A stretch of 61,593 nucleotides of DNA, filler included, from Anaerolineae bacterium (GTDB lineage: Bacteria; Chloroflexota; Anaerolineae; Epilineales; Epilineaceae): NCBI GenBank assembly GCA_029262755.1. It is 5 parts of 5 records of this genome, joined end to end, with 100 filler letters (N's around TTAATTAATTAA, not from the genome) between each part and the next. Parts side by side here need not be neighbours in the genome. Positions count along the whole stretch, not along the records: positions 20,507 to 47,543 come from JAJCYU010000147.1; 4 more parts are not named here. The stretch is one strand, 5' to 3'. Under the pieces are notes generated by a model. It did not search any database, had not been told where the DNA came from, and saw only the letters and a list, made by a program, of their open reading frames with translations. This document shows positions 20,732 through 30,520 of the stretch, piece after piece (positions within the stretch are counted from its first letter, which is position 1; each line of letters starts with the position of its first letter). The position numbers and the translations under genes were made by a program.

Positions 20732-23059
20732 GTGACGTCTGCCGAGGAGACGCCGTTGTCCGCGACGGAGACCGAGCTGCGCAGTGCTCGACTCGGTGCT
20801 CGACATGGTTCGCGACCCGGTGCTCGACATGGTTCGCGACCCGGTTCGCCGGTCGATTCGCCCGTGCGGGCGGCCGGCTGGGAGCTGCCGAACGCGGCGG
20901 GATGGGCGCTGCTCGCGCTTGGCCTGATCGCCTTCGTCGCCTGGTCGGCGATGCACCTTGGCTTCTTCGCATGGTCGATCGACGAGGGTATGTACCTCCA
21001 GCGGGCGCGCATGTGGTCCGCGGGTTTCGCCCTTTACGAAGACATCTGGTTCAACCATCCGCCCGGCATGGTCCTGTTACTGCGGGCGGTGTTTGAGCGC
21101 TACGGCGAGTCCGTAGAGACTGGGCGCATGGTGGCCGTCGCGTTCGGCTGCGTTGGGCTCGCGGCGGTCGTGCTGATCGGCCGCGAGCTGGCGGGCTGGA
21201 CGGCAGGGCTGCTGGCCGGGGTCGCGCTGGTGCTCTCGCCGCTCTTCCTTGGCCTTTCGCGGGCGATCATGACGACGTTGCCCGCCCTGTGCATGGCGAC
21301 GTTCGCGTTGTGGCTGGCCCTGCGATACCGCGCCACGCGGCGCAAGACATGGTTGCTAGCCAGTGGAGTTGCCTTCGGCCTCGGCCTGACGGTGAAGTTC
21401 ATCGGGGCGCCGATGATCGTGCCGATCGGGTTGGCGATTGTCTGGCCCAAGGGGGCCGGACGCGGCGGGCCTGGAGCTCGTGTAGGTCGCGGAGAGCAGG
21501 GCGCTGGTGCCGATGCCGATGGAAATGCCGGGCCCGGTCCTGGCGCAGCCGACCTTGATCTTGGAAACGACGACCTTGATACCAGAGGGTACGACAGTGC
21601 CCCCGGCGAGCCCGAGCGTCGCGCGTCGGAGCGCGAAGCGACGGCAGCGACCGTGTGGCGCAGTATGCTCCAGCCCGCCGCGCTCGGGGCGTTCGTGGGC
21701 TGGGGGATCGTCGGCGGCGCCGTGCTCTTGGCGGTGCTCTCGCTGTTTGGGCTGCGCGCCCTGCTGCCGCAGACGGTGGGCAGCGTGGTCGGCGCGCGCG
21801 ATGCGTTTGCGCTCGACGCCGTGGCCAACATCCAGGACGTATTGGAGTGGTTGAGCGAGGGGCACCTTGGCCTGGCCGCGCTCGGCGTCTACGGCTTGGC
21901 GCGCGGGGTGTGGCGTGATGATCGGTGGTGGCTGGTCGTTGCGTGGCTCGCGGCCGCCGGCGTCGCGGTGCTCGCGCAGACGCCGCTGTGGTCGCACCAC
22001 CTGGTGTTCTTCGCGCTGCCTTTGGCCGTTGGCGCGGGCGCGGGCGCGCGCTGGGCCGTGGGCGATGCGGTCGGCGCCGCGCGTCGGTTGTCGCGGCGGG
22101 GCGCGCAAGCGACGATCGGCGCGCGGGACGAGGGGGGCGTCGAGCCGGGTTGGCTGAGCTTCGGGCTCGTCGCGATCCTGGTCTTTCTCTTCGCGCTACC
22201 CGTGGCGCTGCGTCGCGACGCGGAGACGACGGAGCGCGGGAGCGAGGATCCATGGACGGCCGTGGCGATGCTGCGCGAAATGCAGGAGCCCTACGACTAC
22301 GTGGTGACGGACAGCCCGATGATCGCCTTCCGTGCCGGCTTGCGCGTGCCGCCCAACTTGACCGATCCGGGCGCCAAGCGCTTCGCGTCGGGCGATCTGA
22401 CGCTGTCCGAAGTGACCCGGGACGCGTTGCTCTACGAGTCGGTCGCCCTCGTCACCTGGAACGAACGTCTCGCCAAGGACAGCCGGCAGCGGCTACCGCA
22501 ATGGCTGGACGACAACGAGTGGACGGTGGTGGCGACCTTGGACGAGGGGCGCGAGCGGCGGATCTGGACGCCGCCGGAGCGGCCGCCCGCGGTCGTGGGG
22601 GGCTTCGATCGCCCCGTAGGCTGGGCGGATGGCGTGAGCCTGGTGGGCGTGGACGTCGGCGGTTCGCCGACGAATGCCGGCGAGACCATGCAGGTGACAC
22701 TGTACTGGAGGGCGCGCGACCCGGCCCCGTTGGAGGCCGGCTGGGCTCGCGTTGACGCGGTGAGCGGTAACTACACGGTCTTCGTCCACCTGCTTGACCC
22801 GCAGGGCGAGCGACGCGCTCAGCACGACAACCCGCCGGGTCGCGGCGTGCGCGCGACGAACACCTGGCTGGGCGACGAGCGCATCATCGATCGCTACGAG
22901 TTGGACGTACCGACCGACGCGCCGGCGGGCGATTACACGCTGCGGATCGGCCTGTACGATGCGGAGACCGGGGACGCATTGGCGCTGGAGGACGCGGGAG
23001 GCCAGGTCGTGGATGGCGATACGCTGGTGGTCGGTCCGGTGGCCGTCGGGAGTCGCTGA
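20732..23059 (+). CDS. GT39/ArnT-like glycosyltransferase with C-terminal extracytoplasmic beta domain
   Basis: WSIDEGMY, FNHPPG, many TMs; C-terminal VTLYW...YTVFVHLLD...AQHD...GDYTLRIGLYD domain. Start uncertain. Confidence 0.85.
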   Translation: MTSAEETPLSATETELRSARLGARHGSRPGARHGSRPGSPVDSPVRAAGWELPNAAGWALLALGLIAFVAWSAMHLGFFAWSIDEGMYLQRARMWSAGFALYEDIWFNHPPGMVLLLRAVFERYGESVETGRMVAVAFGCVGLAAVVLIGRELAGWTAGLLAGVALVLSPLFLGLSRAIMTTLPALCMATFALWLALRYRATRRKTWLLASGVAFGLGLTVKFIGAPMIVPIGLAIVWPKGAGRGGPGARVGRGEQGAGADADGNAGPGPGAADLDLGNDDLDTRGYDSAPGEPERRASEREATAATVWRSMLQPAALGAFVGWGIVGGAVLLAVLSLFGLRALLPQTVGSVVGARDAFALDAVANIQDVLEWLSEGHLGLAALGVYGLARGVWRDDRWWLVVAWLAAAGVAVLAQTPLWSHHLVFFALPLAVGAGAGARWAVGDAVGAARRLSRRGAQATIGARDEGGVEPGWLSFGLVAILVFLFALPVALRRDAETTERGSEDPWTAVAMLREMQEPYDYVVTDSPMIAFRAGLRVPPNLTDPGAKRFASGDLTLSEVTRDALLYESVALVTWNERLAKDSRQRLPQWLDDNEWTVVATLDEGRERRIWTPPERPPAVVGGFDRPVGWADGVSLVGVDVGGSPTNAGETMQVTLYWRARDPAPLEAGWARVDAVSGNYTVFVHLLDPQGERRAQHDNPPGRGVRATNTWLGDERIIDRYELDVPTDAPAGDYTLRIGLYDAETGDALALEDAGGQVVDGDTLVVGPVAVGSR
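20794..20845 (+). repeat. 24-bp tandem duplication
   Basis: CGGTGCTCGACATGGTTCGCGACC occurs twice, encoding GARHGSRP twice. Confidence 0.85.
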
Positions 23060-23079
23060 CGCCGAACGCCCGAGCGACG

Positions 23080-24840
23080 CTATTGCCGCCGGAGCACCCA
23101 AACCCGCGGGTTCACGCGCGACTCCGTCCACGGCGCGACCAGCCAGCGTTCGAGACCGGAGCGGCTGTGCGCGTCGAGGACCACGTCGTAGTCGGCATCG
23201 CCTCCCAGCAGCGCGTCGCGCCACGCGCCGGCACTGCCATCAAGGTCACCGACCGTCTTGTCCGAGAGCACGAGCCACATCGGGGGGCCGTCCTCGAGGG
23301 CCGCGAAGCCGGATTCGTCAAAGTCCCCGTCGTCGATGCGCTCCGTGTCGAAGCCGTACATGTGCAGGCGCGGTAGATGCGTGCGCGAGCCGAAGACCGC
23401 GATGGTCGTGTCGGACGGCACGTGCTCCGTCAGCCATGCCTCCGCCTCGTAGCGCGCATCCACGTGCATCAGGCGTACCGTATGGAGGCTGTAGAGCAGA
23501 CCGTGGCCGATCGCGAGGAGCACGACTGTCGCGACAACGGGGCGCAGCGTGCGCGCGATGGGTGACGCGGTGCGCGAACTTCTTTGCCAGGCCCCAGCCC
23601 AGCCGACGCCGGCGAGTGCGGCCGTCGCCACCACCACCGGCAACGTGAAGCGGGTGTACGCAAAGCGCACCGTCGCGATCGTGAAGAGGTAGTAGCTGAG
23701 GGCGGGTAGGGCCAGGAGGCGTGCTCGCGGGTTCCGCATGGCCAACACGCCGCCGGTCGCGGCGACGGCGAGCAGCGGAATGCTCATACCCTCCGCCAAC
23801 CGGCGGACAAAGGTTGCCGCCAGCCCCACGTGCCCCGCGAAGCCTTCGTTCCACGGGGCGATGCCGGTTCCCGTAGTCCAATACGAGATGTGTTCGCGAA
23901 ATCCGGCCGGGTTGAGCAGGACGTTGTTGGCGAGACCGTAGATCGACAGCACGGCCGCGCCGGCAGCGATAGGAGCGAGCAGAATTCGGGCAATTGGGGC
24001 GCCCGATTCCCCCACATCGCGCGCTCCCTCCCCCGCGTGCTCCTCGCGCGCGAATCGACGAGCCCGCCATAGCGCCTGCACGACGAGGCCCGCGCCTGGC
24101 AGCACGTAGGCGCCGTAGATGGCCTCCTTGCACGCCAGCGCGGCGCCTCCGAGCAGGCCGAAGGCTACGTGGTCGCGCAGGCGACCGGACTCGAGCGCCC
24201 GCATCCAGGCGACGATGGACCACGCGAAGAAGAACGTCATCGGGATGTCCACGTTGCCGACGTGGCCGTAGAAGACCAGCACTTGGCTGACCGCGACGAA
24301 GGCGGCCGCAAGCAGGCCGGCCGTCGCGGCGGACGCGGCAAGTGCGGCGCCGGCGCCGCTCAGCACGGTGGCCGCGAGTACGTAGACCGCCCACACCGTA
24401 CCTGTGGCCATCACGGCGCGCGCGACCCGCGAAATGCGCATGAGGCGGCCGAGCTGGCCATATACATCCGTGAAGCAGTCGTCGTCCGTCGGGGGACGGC
24501 AACCGGGTTCGGTGGAGAGCGAGCCGTCGCGGCGCCAGGCGGCCAGCTGCGGCTCGTAGAGGGCGCGGTCGATCCAAGGTAGGAGGTAGGGGTACTTGTG
24601 CCAGCCATCCGTCCAGATCGAGGCGATCTCTAGCGGCACGTCCGGAGTTGGATCGTCGTTGGACCACGATTTCTCATGCGGCAGACCCCAGCCGTTGCCA
24701 GCGAGGTTCAGCGCGAGTGAGAGCAGGAGCAAGGTCGGCAGGAGCAGTCGCATCGCGATGCTCATGGATCGTCGCGAAGATGTCACGGAGCCGGGCCCGG
24801 ACGACGACGAAGTCGCAGGCCCCTCACGCTCAGCGGACAC
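23080..24840 (-). CDS. GT39/PMT-like glycosyltransferase
   Basis: WGLP...WSNDD loop, HKYP, GHVGNVDIP, ALACKE, YTRFTLP; many TMs. Alternative ATG at 24765. Confidence 0.8.
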   Translation of the reverse strand: MSAEREGPATSSSSGPGSVTSSRRSMSIAMRLLLPTLLLLSLALNLAGNGWGLPHEKSWSNDDPTPDVPLEIASIWTDGWHKYPYLLPWIDRALYEPQLAAWRRDGSLSTEPGCRPPTDDDCFTDVYGQLGRLMRISRVARAVMATGTVWAVYVLAATVLSGAGAALAASAATAGLLAAAFVAVSQVLVFYGHVGNVDIPMTFFFAWSIVAWMRALESGRLRDHVAFGLLGGAALACKEAIYGAYVLPGAGLVVQALWRARRFAREEHAGEGARDVGESGAPIARILLAPIAAGAAVLSIYGLANNVLLNPAGFREHISYWTTGTGIAPWNEGFAGHVGLAATFVRRLAEGMSIPLLAVAATGGVLAMRNPRARLLALPALSYYLFTIATVRFAYTRFTLPVVVATAALAGVGWAGAWQRSSRTASPIARTLRPVVATVVLLAIGHGLLYSLHTVRLMHVDARYEAEAWLTEHVPSDTTIAVFGSRTHLPRLHMYGFDTERIDDGDFDESGFAALEDGPPMWLVLSDKTVGDLDGSAGAWRDALLGGDADYDVVLDAHSRSGLERWLVAPWTESRVNPRVWVLRRQ

Positions 24841-27049
24841 GGCGGTACACGCGGACCGGACCGCGCTCGAGGAAGGCCGGCTCCGGCAACGTGGCGACGA
24901 GCTCGAAACCGGGCACGCAGGCCTGTTCCGACGCGAAGCAGTCCGCCAGGTCGGTGCGGTAGAAGCCGTAGTAATAGCGGTGAGACGTCGTGCGTACGGC
25001 CCCGCGCCACGTATACACCACGTGGCTGATTCCCATCGAATCCAGCACGTCTATCAACGCTCTCTCGTCTTCGCCCGTCAGCGGAACGCCGGCCGGTCGC
25101 GGCGGATCGGGCGCGGGCGAGCCCATGGCGGCGCCGACCTCCGCGAAGGAAACCAGGCGCTCGGGCGGGAGGCCCGCCACGTGCTGCGCGTGTGTTGGGA
25201 TCGGCATGACGGCGCGGGCATCGTCGGGCAGATTGTCCGCCAGCCATGTGGCGGCGAGCGCGGAACCCTGGTTGTCCCAATAGTCTTCGGCCAGCCCGCG
25301 CTGTTTGCCGTGCAGTCCGCCCGTGACGAGGGGGGTCCACAGCCATAGCGCAAGCAGGCCGCCCGCAAGCGCCGGCAGCAGACGGAGGGATTCTGTCCGG
25401 GAACCGCGATGGGCGTCGTTCGCAGCAGAAGCAATCACTGCAGCGTCTGAATCATGTACGTTGGCGCGGCTCGTCCTGCGGGCGCTACCGAGCACGGTGC
25501 GCCATGTGACCGCGGCGAGCGCTGCGAGGCATAGCAAGGCATACGCGATATCCACGCGCACCGGCACGACGGGCGGTTCGTGCGAAAGAAGCTGGTCGAA
25601 CCCGCGTTGCAGGCGACCGGCGATGAGGATGGCCACGACCGCAGCGGCCGGTGCGGCGGCCCACCGGATTCGCGCGGGCCAGCGCGCAGCGGCCGCGCGC
25701 GCCACGCGCAGCGTGCCGGCGGCGTACAGGAGGAGCCAGATCCAGCTCGTCGTGTACGTGTAGCGCGGCTTGCTGGCGCCGAAGGCGACGATGGCCGCCA
25801 TCGTCCCGAGGGCGAAGACCATCAATGGCAGCAGCGTCGCCCGCCAGCGCCGCCAGCCTTCGACCAGGCCCGCGGTCAGCGGCAGCGCGATGAGCGCGAT
25901 GCGCAGTGGATCGGCGCGCCGGTACCAGCCGAGGAAAGGCTCGCGGAAGCTCCGCTCGACGAAGCCGAGATCGATCGTCCAATACGCGGCGCCGAGCATC
26001 TCGCCGTAGGTGTCGGCACCCGTGTCGAAGGCGCGGGCGAGCCCCATCCATGCAAGCAACGGCAGCAGGGCAAACGCGGCCGCGATGACCGGTCGCGCGA
26101 GCGCCCGCCACGGCAGGTGCGATAGCGGGCGAGCGTCGGCCGTGATCGAGAATGCGGTCGCGGTCGCGGTCGCGGTCGCTGTCGATCTCGAGGGCAGGGG
26201 AGAGGTCGCCGGCGTGGCGGGCGGCGATGCAGCCCGCTGCTCAGCGACCGAATCTTCGCTCTCTCGTGGCCGTTGATCCCCGTCTGCCCCGACCGGGCCG
26301 CCGTCTTCACGTCGCGGCGGAGCGACGATACGCGCCCAGTCCGCCAGGACGAGCACCGGAAGCAGGAGGCCTGCTTCGGCGCGGGAGAGGGTGGCCGCGG
26401 CGGCCGCGACCCAACGCCACCGGCTGCCGCGCACATGCAGGAGCATGGTGGCCGCCACGAAGAATCCGAGGCTCGGTTCTACCAGCTCGTGCAGGGCCAT
26501 CAAGGGTAACTGGGGCGTCGATGCGAGCAGGATCATCGTGATCCAAGCGCCCGTTGCTCCGAGCAGCGTGCGCGCCAACGCGAAGACCACGACCAGCATC
26601 CCAAGGGAAAACACAGCGTTGATCCACAGTGCCGCGTCGAAAAAGGGGTTGGGATCGGACGAGAACGATGCCCCCATGGCCATTAGCGCCGGTAGGATCG
26701 GGCCGCGCTTGAACAAGGTCGGCAGCGATCCCGCGCGGAAGGCCTCCGCGATGTGCTCGAAGGACTCATAGTCGTTATTGGGGACTGGGAAGGGTTGGTG
26801 CTGTGCCGCGAAGTACAGGCCGGTTGCCAACAGGAAGAAGGCGAGCGCGATGCCTTCGATCCGGCCCAGGGGAGAGGCGTGGTGGCGTCCGGGGAGGGGC
26901 GTGCGGGGATCGGCCGCGTTGCGCCGCTCTGGAATCTGCTGTGGCGTGGGATTCCCCGGTACGCGTGGTGTAGCAGAGATGGGACACTTCCTGGGCAGAG
27001 GGGAGACTCGAGATCGAGGTACCGAAGGCCGGCCCGCACAGCCGAACAC
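24830..27049 (-). CDS. GT-C superfamily membrane glycosyltransferase-like protein
   Basis: PNNDYESF loop, KRGPILP, LVEP, LSRAE, KPRY motifs; many TMs; overlaps the next gene. Confidence 0.75.
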   Translation of the reverse strand: MFGCAGRPSVPRSRVSPLPRKCPISATPRVPGNPTPQQIPERRNAADPRTPLPGRHHASPLGRIEGIALAFFLLATGLYFAAQHQPFPVPNNDYESFEHIAEAFRAGSLPTLFKRGPILPALMAMGASFSSDPNPFFDAALWINAVFSLGMLVVVFALARTLLGATGAWITMILLASTPQLPLMALHELVEPSLGFFVAATMLLHVRGSRWRWVAAAAATLSRAEAGLLLPVLVLADWARIVAPPRREDGGPVGADGDQRPRESEDSVAEQRAASPPATPATSPLPSRSTATATATATAFSITADARPLSHLPWRALARPVIAAAFALLPLLAWMGLARAFDTGADTYGEMLGAAYWTIDLGFVERSFREPFLGWYRRADPLRIALIALPLTAGLVEGWRRWRATLLPLMVFALGTMAAIVAFGASKPRYTYTTSWIWLLLYAAGTLRVARAAAARWPARIRWAAAPAAAVVAILIAGRLQRGFDQLLSHEPPVVPVRVDIAYALLCLAALAAVTWRTVLGSARRTSRANVHDSDAAVIASAANDAHRGSRTESLRLLPALAGGLLALWLWTPLVTGGLHGKQRGLAEDYWDNQGSALAATWLADNLPDDARAVMPIPTHAQHVAGLPPERLVSFAEVGAAMGSPAPDPPRPAGVPLTGEDERALIDVLDSMGISHVVYTWRGAVRTTSHRYYYGFYRTDLADCFASEQACVPGFELVATLPEPAFLERGPVRVYRRVR

Positions 27050-27054
27050 GGCGG

Positions 27055-27083
27055 AGTCTACGTGGCGAGCGCGGGGCGCTCAA
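27055..27083 (-). promoter_or_regulatory. Sigma70-like promoter
   Basis: TTGAGC-N17-TAGACT, 5 nt before GTG 27049. Confidence 0.55.
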
Positions 27084-27140
27084 GCGCCGACGTCTAGCAC
27101 GCATGTTCCGATCCGGTCGCGCCGGACGTCCGGCGCGCGC

Positions 27141-27146
27141 TACAAT
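27141..27146 (+). promoter_or_regulatory. -10 box of a probable leaderless transcript
   Basis: TACAAT 7 nt before ATG 27154; no Shine-Dalgarno sequence. Confidence 0.55.
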
Positions 27147-27153
27147 TGCGCTG

Positions 27154-29007
27154 ATGTCCCCCACGACGCCCCCCGCGCCGGATCCGCTCGATCCGGACGT
27201 CACAGCCACATCCCCGACGCCGGGTACTCCGGCGGCGGAGCGCACGGCTGCGCCCTCAAGGCGCGTTGCGGACGGGGCGACGGCCGTGGATGGTGCGGTC
27301 GACGTGGATGGCGGGGTCGACGTGGAGGGTGCGATCGACGCGGGTGACGCGATCGACGCGGATCGTGCAGTCGGCGCCCAGGGCGCGATCGACGTGGCTG
27401 GTGCAGTCGACGTGAATGGCGCGATTGACGCGAACCACGTGGTCGATACCATCGACGCGGACCCTGCGGAATCCGCGGACCCCGCTTGCCCGGACGGTGC
27501 CGATTCGGTCGGTTCCTCCGATAGTCCTGCAAAGCGCGCGGGTCCGGACGAAGCGTTGCTCGCGCGTCTGGGACGGATGGGCGTGCAGTTAGGCGCGGCG
27601 GGCATCGCATCGCAGGCCCCGACGCGCACGGACGTGCGTGCCGGCGAGGGCGGAAAGACGGTGCGCGCCAGACAAGGTGGATCATCGGAGGCGGTGGACG
27701 CGCTCTTGGACTCGCCTGGTTCAGCCGCGGACGGCGCGAACGGGGGGCGTAGAGGTCCGGCGAGTTCGGGTACGACCGCGGAACCTCGCGATGGTACGAC
27801 TCCGGCGCTCGGCACTCGCTCAGCCCCCGTCGGCGTCAACGCGTTGCCGATCGAGGAGGCGGTGCCCGGCCGGGACGAGCAAAATAACTACGGGCGTTGC
27901 TACGTCAGCGTCGTTCGCCGCGCGGAAGGTGAGGAACACGCCGGAGAACCCGTGGGTGCGGCGCTGGCAGCTTGCACGTCGAGCCTTGCGGAATTGGCCG
28001 GGGATGCGCGGCTTGCGGACATGGACGTGTCACGCGCCGCGTTTGTCGATACGGAGACCACGGGCTTGTCCGGGGCGGCGGGTACGTATGCCTTTCTCAT
28101 CGGGGCAGGACGCTTCCGCGACGGGGCCTTTCACGTCAAGCAATTCTTCATGCGCCATCCGGGCGAGGAAGCGGCGCAGCTGGAAGCGCTTTCGGACTGG
28201 GTGGACGGCTGCGACGGCCTGGTGACCTTCAACGGGAAAGCCTTCGATGCGCCGCTGCTGGCGACGCGCTACGTGATGAACGGGCAGCCGAACCCCTTGG
28301 CCGACGTGCGCCACCTCGACCTGCTACCCGCATCGCGACGATTGTGGCGTCGGCGGCTGCCGGATTGCCGGCTCGTTTCGTTGGAATCGCACGTGCTCGG
28401 TCTGGACCGCGTGGACGACGTGCCCGGCTGGCTCGTGCCCGAGCGCTATCTGCGCTACCAGCGTGACGGAGACGCACGTCCGCTCGAGGGGATATTCCGG
28501 CACAACGCGCTGGATATCCTGGCCATGGTCAGCCTAGTTTCGCGCCTAGCGCGTAGCTGGGCGGAGCCGGATGAGGCGCTGGCGCACGCACGCGACTGGC
28601 TGAGCCTCGCGCGGGCCTATGAGCGCGCGGGCCGGTTGGACCGGGCGATGTCCGCGTGCCAGGCGGCGCTTGGCGCGGGGCTCGCGCGACCGGACGAGGT
28701 CGACGAGGCGTTCGAGCGGTTGTCCTTGTCCGCGCGGAGGCAGGGCGAGTGGGAGCGCGCGGTGGAGATCTGGGAGAGCCTGGTTCGATCCGAACGTCCC
28801 CGCCGGCTCTTTCCCTTCGAGGAGCTGGCCAAGTTCCACGAGCATCGCGCACCGCAGCGGGACCTGGTCGCTGCGCTCGCGCTAACCGAGCGCGGCCACG
28901 CGTTGGTCGAGGCCAAGGTGATCCGCCCGCGACGGGGCCGTCGCAAGGCGCTGGAGGAACTCGAACATCGCATGGCGCGATTGCGGCGGAGGGTGGCGGC
29001 CGGCTAG
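27154..29007 (+). CDS. RNase_H_2 (YprB/MrfB-like DEDD exonuclease) with TPR-like C-terminus and long N-terminal extension
   Basis: AFVDTETTGL, LVTFNGKAFDAP, HLDLL, HNALDI motifs; helical C-terminus with EELAKFHEH. Confidence 0.88.
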   Translation: MSPTTPPAPDPLDPDVTATSPTPGTPAAERTAAPSRRVADGATAVDGAVDVDGGVDVEGAIDAGDAIDADRAVGAQGAIDVAGAVDVNGAIDANHVVDTIDADPAESADPACPDGADSVGSSDSPAKRAGPDEALLARLGRMGVQLGAAGIASQAPTRTDVRAGEGGKTVRARQGGSSEAVDALLDSPGSAADGANGGRRGPASSGTTAEPRDGTTPALGTRSAPVGVNALPIEEAVPGRDEQNNYGRCYVSVVRRAEGEEHAGEPVGAALAACTSSLAELAGDARLADMDVSRAAFVDTETTGLSGAAGTYAFLIGAGRFRDGAFHVKQFFMRHPGEEAAQLEALSDWVDGCDGLVTFNGKAFDAPLLATRYVMNGQPNPLADVRHLDLLPASRRLWRRRLPDCRLVSLESHVLGLDRVDDVPGWLVPERYLRYQRDGDARPLEGIFRHNALDILAMVSLVSRLARSWAEPDEALAHARDWLSLARAYERAGRLDRAMSACQAALGAGLARPDEVDEAFERLSLSARRQGEWERAVEIWESLVRSERPRRLFPFEELAKFHEHRAPQRDLVAALALTERGHALVEAKVIRPRRGRRKALEELEHRMARLRRRVAAG

Positions 29008-29020
29008 CGAAAATGGACGC

Positions 29021-29055
29021 AAGAAGAAGGGGCGAACCCGTGGGTCCGCCCCTTC
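29021..29055. terminator. Intrinsic terminator between convergent genes
   Basis: GAAGGGGCG...CGCCCCTTC stem followed by TTCTT on the minus strand. Confidence 0.7.
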
Positions 29056-29101
29056 GTGCTTCGATATGTCGCGACGTCAGGCTGAACGTCGCTCGATCCT
29101 G

Positions 29102-30508
29102 CTAGCGCTCCACCACACCGTAGGGTAGGTAGACCTTGTTCTTGGGCTCCTCGACCGGCGGTGTCGTCGGCACTGGGTCCGGAGTCGGGCCCGTGGGCGC
29201 GCCGCCGAGGGCGGCGGCCATGCCGAGGTAGTTGAAGGTGTGGCCGGGGAAGACCTCGGTCAGCTTGTCGTTGCCGAGGCGCTTGGCGAGGATCTCGGCC
29301 AAGATGTCGCGATACTCGGTGGTGCCGCGCAAATCGCCGCGATCGCGGAACTCCGGCGCGAGACCGGGCCAGCGGCCGTAGACCTTGCCACCGTTCATGC
29401 CGCGGCCGAAGGCGAACATCGCGTTGCCGTGGCCGTGGTCCGTGCCGAGGTTGCCGTTCTCCGAAGCGCGCCGACCGAACTCGCTCATGACGAGCACTGT
29501 CACGCCCTGCTTGTTGCCGGTTTCTCGCGGATCGAAGTGATCCTGGAGATCGTCGATGAAGGCCGTGATGCCGCGCGAAAGGTTGCGCATCAGGTTGGCC
29601 ATATTGCCTTGCGTCGGGTCGGCCGTGTCGACCTGGTTGGCATGGGTGTCCCAGCCTCCCACGTCGATAGCCGCGACCTCAAGGCCCACGTCCGACTTGA
29701 TCAGCTGCGCGATCTGCATCATGCCGCGGCCGAAGTTGTCGTTGGCGTAGCTCGCGCCGTTCTCCGGCGTGTACGTGCCGTCGCCGACGGCCTGTTCGAG
29801 CATCTCGAGCGCGGCGAAGGTGTTCTGCCCCTCGCCCTCGAGCCATCCGTCACCGCTGTACAGGCGCTGCAAGTGCTGCTGGAAGCGCCCGACCTCGTCT
29901 TCGCGGCCTTGGAGATGGAAGTCAGCGATCGATCGCAGCGTGACAGCCGGCACCGTGCCGCGAAGGCTGGCCTGGAGCATCGTGCCCATGCCGACGGCGC
30001 GGAACGGCGACTCGTTGGTGCTGCGCATCGTCTGAAGATGGCGGCCGAGCCAGCCGCTCATCAGCCGCTTCTCACCCGGCGTACCGCGTTCCATGAAGTC
30101 CATGGCGTCGAAGTGACTGCGGGTCGGGTCGTTCTGGTGAACGGCATGCGCGATCGAAAGGATGCCGTTGTCGAAGTGCTCCTTCCAACGGCCCGAGTCG
30201 GGACCGGCGAGCACGGGGTGCATGCCGAAATCGCCGTTCAGATCGTAGGCGCGGTTGGCCGCGGTCGAGTCGGGCGCCGGAATACCGATGTTTGGGCGAT
30301 CTCCGAAGTAGTAGCCCTCGTCCAGATAGGGGATCACCATGTTGAGACCGTCGTAGCCGCCGCGTGCGAAGACGACGACGAGAACGTCGCTGCCCGGGGC
30401 GGATTGCTGGTCGCGGAAGACCATGCGCGGCATCCAGCTTGGCCACGCTGCGGAGCCGGCGGCCAGCAGCGTGCCTCGCTGCAAGAATGTACGTCGCGAG
30501 AAGGCCAT
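29102..30508 (-). CDS. DUF1501 family protein with Tat signal and C-terminal VYLP tag
   Basis: SRRTFLQ; RGGYDGLN, TRSHFDAM, GGWDTH, MSEFGR, GTDHGHG; Pro/Thr tail then KVYLPYGVVER. Confidence 0.93.
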   Translation of the reverse strand: MAFSRRTFLQRGTLLAAGSAAWPSWMPRMVFRDQQSAPGSDVLVVVFARGGYDGLNMVIPYLDEGYYFGDRPNIGIPAPDSTAANRAYDLNGDFGMHPVLAGPDSGRWKEHFDNGILSIAHAVHQNDPTRSHFDAMDFMERGTPGEKRLMSGWLGRHLQTMRSTNESPFRAVGMGTMLQASLRGTVPAVTLRSIADFHLQGREDEVGRFQQHLQRLYSGDGWLEGEGQNTFAALEMLEQAVGDGTYTPENGASYANDNFGRGMMQIAQLIKSDVGLEVAAIDVGGWDTHANQVDTADPTQGNMANLMRNLSRGITAFIDDLQDHFDPRETGNKQGVTVLVMSEFGRRASENGNLGTDHGHGNAMFAFGRGMNGGKVYGRWPGLAPEFRDRGDLRGTTEYRDILAEILAKRLGNDKLTEVFPGHTFNYLGMAAALGGAPTGPTPDPVPTTPPVEEPKNKVYLPYGVVER

Positions 30509-30520
30509 GGGTCTAGCTCC

